64,000 nucleotides of DNA from an uncultured Lactobacillus sp. (GTDB taxonomy: Bacteria; Bacillota; Bacilli; Lactobacillales; Lactobacillaceae): assembly GCA_947575965.1 (NCBI GenBank), contig CANPPJ010000005.1, forward strand, positions 14,819-78,818, written 5' to 3'. The position numbers and the translations under genes are program-made. The notes beneath the pieces are model-generated. The model saw only the letters and a list, made by a program, of their open reading frames with translations. It did not search any database and was not told where the DNA came from. Positions 58,685 to 64,000 of the stretch are shown here, piece after piece. The number at the start of each line of letters is the position of its first letter. Position 1 is the stretch's first letter.

Positions 58685-59484
58685 TTTGATGCCTTCTTTG
58701 GTTCTAAGTATAATTCTCTCAAACTTTGAATCAACTCATCATCAACTTTAAGAACATTTTTAATGTAATTGTCTATCCCATCATACCTTTCATCAATTAA
58801 TAGGAGAGCTGTATCCAAATATTCATTTGCGACACTGGCTAAGCTTCTAACATTAGCACGCAAAATCACACTACCACCCTCATTGATTATCTTTTGATTC
58901 ATCTTTGCTTGATAATCACCTAGCATTAAATTAGAAAATAGATAATCTTGTCTGATAGTTTCCATATCGACACCCAAAAGATACAAGATTAAAACTGTAG
59001 CTAATCCTGTACGATCTTTTCCCTCAGAGCAATGAAAGATAATAGCTCCATCTTTAGTATTAGCAAAGATATTAAGCAAACTATTAAAAGCTTTTTGAGA
59101 ATATTCCCTACCAATAGAAGAATGATATTGGTGACACATCGTCTTAAAGCCAGCATATTGATCTTTAGTGTAGGTCTTTTTCAATTGCATGATCTTTTGA
59201 TCCGTTTCTGCACTTTGATTTCCATGAATTGGATTATCAATATGTTCCACTCCTGCTGGTACAATATCAGGAGCTAATTTAATTTCTTGAGGTGATCGTA
59301 AATCGACAATTTTAGTTAAGCCATAATTAAGTAAAAAAGTTTCATCTTCCTTAGTCATTTGGCATAGCTTTCCTGTTCTTAGAAGTCGATGCATCTTAAT
59401 TTTTCGACCATCAAAACCTACATAACCGCCTAAATCACGAGCATTAGGTACATGTTGCAGTGGTAAAATATTTGGCCTAATCAT
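58681..59484 (-). CDS. Tyrosine/lipid phosphatase family protein (Y_phosphatase3)
   Basis: NARDLGGY, VDLRS, HCSEGKDRTG and DYLFSN motifs. Confidence 0.9.
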   Translation of the reverse strand: MIRPNILPLQHVPNARDLGGYVGFDGRKIKMHRLLRTGKLCQMTKEDETFLLNYGLTKIVDLRSPQEIKLAPDIVPAGVEHIDNPIHGNQSAETDQKIMQLKKTYTKDQYAGFKTMCHQYHSSIGREYSQKAFNSLLNIFANTKDGAIIFHCSEGKDRTGLATVLILYLLGVDMETIRQDYLFSNLMLGDYQAKMNQKIINEGGSVILRANVRSLASVANEYLDTALLLIDERYDGIDNYIKNVLKVDDELIQSLRELYLEPKKASK

Positions 59485-59494
59485 TTTGTAATCC

Positions 59495-60532
59495 CTACTT
59501 TTCTAAATTTTTAAAAATAACTTTTTGTCCTGGCTCAATATGAGGAAGCAAGCTGCACTCATTATCGCAGACTCTTCCAAGAACTCTCCCCTTTTTATTA
59601 GCGGGCAAGTTGTGCTTAGCAATATGAATTTCGTTACTATTTAAGCCATTACTATTGATACTAATTGTTCCCACAGGTCGATCCAAAGGTAAATCCTGCG
59701 CTTCAAATTTTGGAAGTTCACCTTCACTATGGAGTCTAACGATATCTTGAGCAAGATACAAATAATTATGCCATTGATTTTCATTGAGAAAAGTATTTTT
59801 TTCATCTACATGAAGCGTGATTGCATGATCCTTCGTATAGCGCGCAAAAGACTTAATCGTCTCACTAGTTAGACGATCGCCAACAATGACGTTATTGCAG
59901 GCCAAATCTTTTAAGTTGAGAGCTGCTGCTAATGGATATACGCCTCTTTGTGACTCAAGAGTAGTTTCTCCAGCAAAAAATGGTCCTCTTTTAACTCCAT
60001 CTCCAGATATAAAAGCTGCTGTTTCTAAATTACAATTGTGAAGCCATCGATTTCTCTCTTCAAACCATTTATTATCCATCCCAGTTTCGGGCTGAGAATA
60101 AAAATCAAATAAGGCTCTAATATGATCGAAGTTAGCTGCCTCTTCTTTTAAATGAGTAATATCTTTTGGTTGTAAGTAAATTGCATTTAAAGATACCCAC
60201 ATAGTTTTAGACAATTTTGATACAAAACGCATTAATACTTGATCGTTAATTCTTAACCCAGTAACATTAAGCTTCTTTATTTCTTCTGCATCCGCTAAAT
60301 CATAGCCTAAATAATGTAAATCATCTTGTGAAACATCTGCCATAACCTTTAATTCTAAATCCTTACACCAGCTAGTTAACTGATCTAACCTTTTTAAAAC
60401 TATGTCTGCTTCATCCTGTAAGCTGGTCAATGAAGTAAAGACTTCCTTAAAACCAGCATTCCTCATTCCAAGCAAATAATTATGATCATCTGCAGTCAAA
60501 TCTTTATCTAAATAAACTGAAAAACCGAGCAT
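59495..60532 (-). CDS. MupG/DUF871 family TIM-barrel protein (divergent)
   Basis: LGFSVY, FTSL, RGP and TLE motifs; C-terminal cyclophilin-like domain. Confidence 0.8.
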   Translation of the reverse strand: MLGFSVYLDKDLTADDHNYLLGMRNAGFKEVFTSLTSLQDEADIVLKRLDQLTSWCKDLELKVMADVSQDDLHYLGYDLADAEEIKKLNVTGLRINDQVLMRFVSKLSKTMWVSLNAIYLQPKDITHLKEEAANFDHIRALFDFYSQPETGMDNKWFEERNRWLHNCNLETAAFISGDGVKRGPFFAGETTLESQRGVYPLAAALNLKDLACNNVIVGDRLTSETIKSFARYTKDHAITLHVDEKNTFLNENQWHNYLYLAQDIVRLHSEGELPKFEAQDLPLDRPVGTISINSNGLNSNEIHIAKHNLPANKKGRVLGRVCDNECSLLPHIEPGQKVIFKNLEK

Positions 60533-60662
60533 CTAAATCTCTCTTTTCTAAGCTTTGTGAAAATGCTTTCTTTCATTAAAATAATAAACTTTAATGACAA
60601 AAAAAGCTAGATAGAAAATTCTACCTAGTTTCTTTTGTACTATAAGAAAATAAAGTTTTAAC

Positions 60663-61217
60663 TTATTTTTGAGCTTGTTCAACAAATTTAACAAAATTAT
60701 TAAATGCTAAATCAATAGCATGAATAGTCTCTTGGTCTAATAAGTCTCCGGTATTTTTATCGAACTTATCTGCAGCATGACCAATTAAAACTTCATTTCC
60801 TGGCAAAACATTTGCACTTTGATCAGGAGAAAGCAAAATTTCACGCATTTCTTCTTGTGCTCTTGAAGCACCTTGAATTCCGTAAGATGTACCTAATACC
60901 ATTGCTGGTTTCATCTTCATTACATCTGCATTTCCTTGAGCATGGCTTCCAGTCCATTCCATTGCACTCTTCAATGCAGAAGGAATACCATGGTCATATT
61001 CTGGAGTAGCAAAAATCACACCATCTGCTTCACGGATCTTATTTTTGAATTCTTCAACCTTACTATCTGGTTGTGCTTCTTTTTTAAAACGGGGTAAATC
61101 AGCAATTTCATATACTTCAATTTCAGCTTGGTCTTTATACCGCTTAGCCATAAATTGATCTAAAAAACGATTATATGAAAAATCTGCATTCGTACCAACA
61201 ATTGCTAGTAATTTCAT
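60663..61217 (-). CDS. nfr2: NADH-dependent flavin reductase subunit 2
   Basis: FMN_red fold with TPEYDH and GASRAQ; tandem paralogue pair as in the H2O2-producing Nfr1/Nfr2 of L. johnsonii. Confidence 0.82.
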   Translation of the reverse strand: MKLLAIVGTNADFSYNRFLDQFMAKRYKDQAEIEVYEIADLPRFKKEAQPDSKVEEFKNKIREADGVIFATPEYDHGIPSALKSAMEWTGSHAQGNADVMKMKPAMVLGTSYGIQGASRAQEEMREILLSPDQSANVLPGNEVLIGHAADKFDKNTGDLLDQETIHAIDLAFNNFVKFVEQAQK

Positions 61218-61229
61218 GTGTCGTTCCTC

Positions 61230-61766
61230 CTACTTACTTACTTCAGCATAAAAACTATCAAATTCATCAAAGAAATGATCTAAAAACTTAACAGTTCCTG
61301 CTGGTAAGTTTCCATTTTCGTCAAATTGCTCTGGGGCTGTTCCCATCATAAACTCATCCCCATTAAATACTTTAGCTCCAAAACCAGGAGAAGAAAGCAC
61401 CAGCTTTAAATGACTTTGTCCACGAGCAGATCCTTGAGGTAAAACTGAAGTACCCACAATAACTACAGGCTTGTCTTTAAAAGGGTGTTCAGCTGATGAA
61501 AGCCATTCTAATGCACTCTTTAAGGATGAAGGCACTGAGTGTTGTTGTTCTGGCGTAGAGATTAACACTGCATCTGCATCAGCTACCTTTTTAGCAAATC
61601 TAGCTACTGAATCAGGTTCTTCAACACCTTCTTTAAACATTGGAAGATCTCTGACCTCTCCCAATTCAATATCATATCTATCAATAAAATGCTTTTTAAT
61701 AAAATTTAGTAGATCGCGATTATAAGAATGATCGGCGTTGCTACCTACAATGGCAAAGAGTTTCAT
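61230..61766 (-). CDS. nfr1: NADH-dependent flavin reductase subunit 1
   Basis: [16 protein letters not shown] and LKSALEW motifs. Confidence 0.82.
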   Translation of the reverse strand: MKLFAIVGSNADHSYNRDLLNFIKKHFIDRYDIELGEVRDLPMFKEGVEEPDSVARFAKKVADADAVLISTPEQQHSVPSSLKSALEWLSSAEHPFKDKPVVIVGTSVLPQGSARGQSHLKLVLSSPGFGAKVFNGDEFMMGTAPEQFDENGNLPAGTVKFLDHFFDEFDSFYAEVSK

Positions 61767-61854
61767 TTCTACGTTACCTTTCTTTATAATTATCTTTCTT
61801 TTAAATTATACTTTTTAATCTCACTATTTTAAAAGTCATAATTTAATTTTAACA

Positions 61855-61888
61855 AAAAAAGCACCACTTTCAGTTGAACGTGGTGCTT
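61855..61888 (-). terminator. Terminator after the TetR gene
   Basis: AAAAAAGCACCAC...GTGGTGCT. Confidence 0.7.
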
Positions 61889-61903
61889 AATTAACCTATG
61901 AAA

Positions 61904-62527
61904 CTAGCCTAGACGCTCTTCAAGAGAAGCGTCACCATCAGCAGCAAATAGTGGATTTTCTTCAACATTAGTGAGACGGTCATTTAACATTGCTTCATGA
62001 ATTTGTGCCTTTAAAACACTAACCATTTGAGCTTGTGAAAAGTTTGCCATCTTGTTAATGAGAAGAGTTGCTAAACCTGTAGCAGCAATCCAGTTAGAAA
62101 TCACAATATGATTGAGTCTTTCTTCAGAGAATTGTTCTGCGTCAAATTGTTGCTTGAATTTTTCAACTCCAAGTCCCATTAGAGTATCAACAATCATTTG
62201 ATTACCAAATTTACCATCTACAAACATTGCCCTAAACAAATCAATGTGTTCTTTAGCAAAGTACAAGTATGAAAGATCTAAATCAATCAATGGTTCACCT
62301 GTAAAATTCTGTTGAAGAGTATTAGATTTCAATTCATCAGAAATTTTTGCTAAAACTTGATTACGTAAATCTTGCATGTTTTCAAATTCAAGATAAATTG
62401 GTTGAGTTGAGCACTTAACTGCTTTTGCAATATTTCTTGCAGTTATACTTTCAATTCCACCACGAACTGCCAATTTATAAGCAGCGTCAAGAATTCTTTG
62501 TTTCTCTATTTCTTTTTTTCTAGCCAC
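61904..62527 (-). CDS. TetR/AcrR family regulator
   Basis: N-terminal HTH: ILDAA...ITARNIAK...STQPIYLEF. Confidence 0.88.
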   Translation of the reverse strand: MARKKEIEKQRILDAAYKLAVRGGIESITARNIAKAVKCSTQPIYLEFENMQDLRNQVLAKISDELKSNTLQQNFTGEPLIDLDLSYLYFAKEHIDLFRAMFVDGKFGNQMIVDTLMGLGVEKFKQQFDAEQFSEERLNHIVISNWIAATGLATLLINKMANFSQAQMVSVLKAQIHEAMLNDRLTNVEENPLFAADGDASLEERLG

Positions 62528-62674
62528 TTTTATTACCTCACTTAATTCATATTCATATCAACATCAACACATTATGATCATCTAAAAAATAACATAAATG
62601 CCTAACGTCTGTTATTTTCTTCGTCATTATATTATAACAAAAATATGAAAAATTGGAGAATTTTGTGTAAATTT

Positions 62675-62917
62675 CTATAATCTTTTAAATAAACTTGAAT
62701 CATCATCACCAGTAAATTGGTCATAATGTGAATTAATCATTTCCATAACTTGTTGTTTATCTAGGCCTTCATTTGCAGCAAATGCTAAAAATGCAGCGGA
62801 AAGAATGTATCCTTTTTCACGATTATCAACTAAATTATCAGAAAATTCCATATTAATGGTATTATCTTTGTAATCAGTTGTAAGAATAATTTTTTTATCT
62901 TCTGGTAATTCTGCCAT
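62675..62917 (-). CDS. Small acidic hypothetical protein
   Basis: 80-aa ORF with RBS GAGG. Confidence 0.7.
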   Translation of the reverse strand: MAELPEDKKIILTTDYKDNTINMEFSDNLVDNREKGYILSAAFLAFAANEGLDKQQVMEMINSHYDQFTGDDDSSLFKRL

Positions 62918-62994
62918 TTTAATGCCCTCACTTATTTTTAAGTTTTATACGTTACAATATAGATTATATTATATCAATAGAAAGTGTGAAACCT

Positions 62995-64000
62995 ATGACT
63001 TCTCCTGTTGGACGTTCATCCTGTACATCTATTTTAATCGGTAAGAAAGCTACTGTAGATGGTAGTGTTATTATTGGCCGAAATGAAGATGCTAAGACTG
63101 CTTGGCCAAAGCATCTTGCTTTTAATTCACATCAAATAATTAAAAATAATATCTTTAAATCAAAAGATAACGAGTTTCAGATGGAATTACCTAACGAACG
63201 TTTTTCTTACTCCTCTACTCCTGAATGGACAGACAAATATGGAGTATTCGAAGAAGACGGAATTAATGAGTACCACGTTGCAATGAGCGCTACTGAAAGT
63301 GCCTATGCTAATGATCGTGTAATGGCTATGGATCCTTTTGATGAAGAAAAAGGTATTTTAGAAGAAGCCATGGTAACTGTTGTTTTGCCATATATTAAAT
63401 CTGCTCGAGAAGGTGTAGAACGTTTAGGCAAGATTGTTCAAGAACATGGTGCAGCAGAAGCGGATGGGATTTTATTCGCAGATAGAGATGAAGCTTGGTA
63501 TATGGAAATTGGTTCCGGTCACCATTATGTTGCTCAACGCATCCCTGCCGATTCATACGCCGTAGTTGCTAATCAACTAGCAATTCAAATCATTGATTTC
63601 AACGATAAAGACAATTTTATAACTTCTCCTGGAATTCAAGAATTTGTTTATCAAAATAATCTTTGGCCAAAAAATAAGCCATTTAATTTCAGATTGATTT
63701 TTGGTACACATGATGATTCGGATTTAACTTATAATACTCCACGTGTTTGGAGTGGCCAAAAGCTTCTAACGCCTTCCATAAATCAAGATCCAGAAAGTTT
63801 TGATTTACCATTTATTAGAAAACCTGATCATCCTGTATCTATTCAAGACGCTCAACGCGTTTTAAGCGATCACTTTAATGGGACCCAGTATGACCTAACT
63901 AATTCTAAAAACGAAGGTCAACCTGCCTATCGTCCAATTGCTGTAGCTACTACTCAAGAATCTCACCTCCTGCAACTTAGAGAAGAAGATATGACTCATT
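62995..64000 (+). CDS. C69-family dipeptidase (PepD-like), runs off the 3' end of the window
   Basis: MTSPVGRSSCTSILIGKKATVDGSVIIGRNED...GINEYHVAMSATE; absent from the ORF track because there is no stop in the window. Confidence 0.9.
   Translation, partial: MTSPVGRSSCTSILIGKKATVDGSVIIGRNEDAKTAWPKHLAFNSHQIIKNNIFKSKDNEFQMELPNERFSYSSTPEWTDKYGVFEEDGINEYHVAMSATESAYANDRVMAMDPFDEEKGILEEAMVTVVLPYIKSAREGVERLGKIVQEHGAAEADGILFADRDEAWYMEIGSGHHYVAQRIPADSYAVVANQLAIQIIDFNDKDNFITSPGIQEFVYQNNLWPKNKPFNFRLIFGTHDDSDLTYNTPRVWSGQKLLTPSINQDPESFDLPFIRKPDHPVSIQDAQRVLSDHFNGTQYDLTNSKNEGQPAYRPIAVATTQESHLLQLREEDMTH

Noticed and set aside
1-64000. Other 60-130 aa ORFs in the track that overlap annotated genes
   Set aside because: Antisense or off-frame shadows of well-supported CDS, without RBS or family motifs.

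Overview
Low-GC Firmicute chromosomal window; gene content and the nfr1/nfr2-like flavin reductase pair point to the Lactobacillus gasseri/johnsonii group (inferred, no database search). It holds about 55 mostly housekeeping CDS: transporters, cell-wall enzymes, fruRKA, znuABC-like, mazEF, the rsmG-noc-parA-parB-ychF cluster, pepF and a partial dipeptidase. No rRNA, tRNA, CRISPR array or IS element was recognised. Best leads: (1) a 14-codon leader peptide (MQGSYFFNPPPKFR) whose Pro-Pro-Pro codons are also the anti-Shine-Dalgarno of an APC amino-acid permease, a candidate proline/EF-P-sensing translational switch; (2) an nrdI-nrdF-like pair with no adjacent nrdE, in which the R2 homologue has lost 5 of 6 metal ligands but kept the radical Tyr; (3) a ~540-nt promoter-to-terminator unit made almost entirely of hairpins, a candidate large ncRNA upstream of hflX; (4) a D,D-carboxypeptidase fused to an L,D-transpeptidase; (5) a ~180-nt GC-rich multibranch RNA candidate directly upstream of mazEF. 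All alignments and folds were done by eye from remembered family consensus and need computational confirmation.
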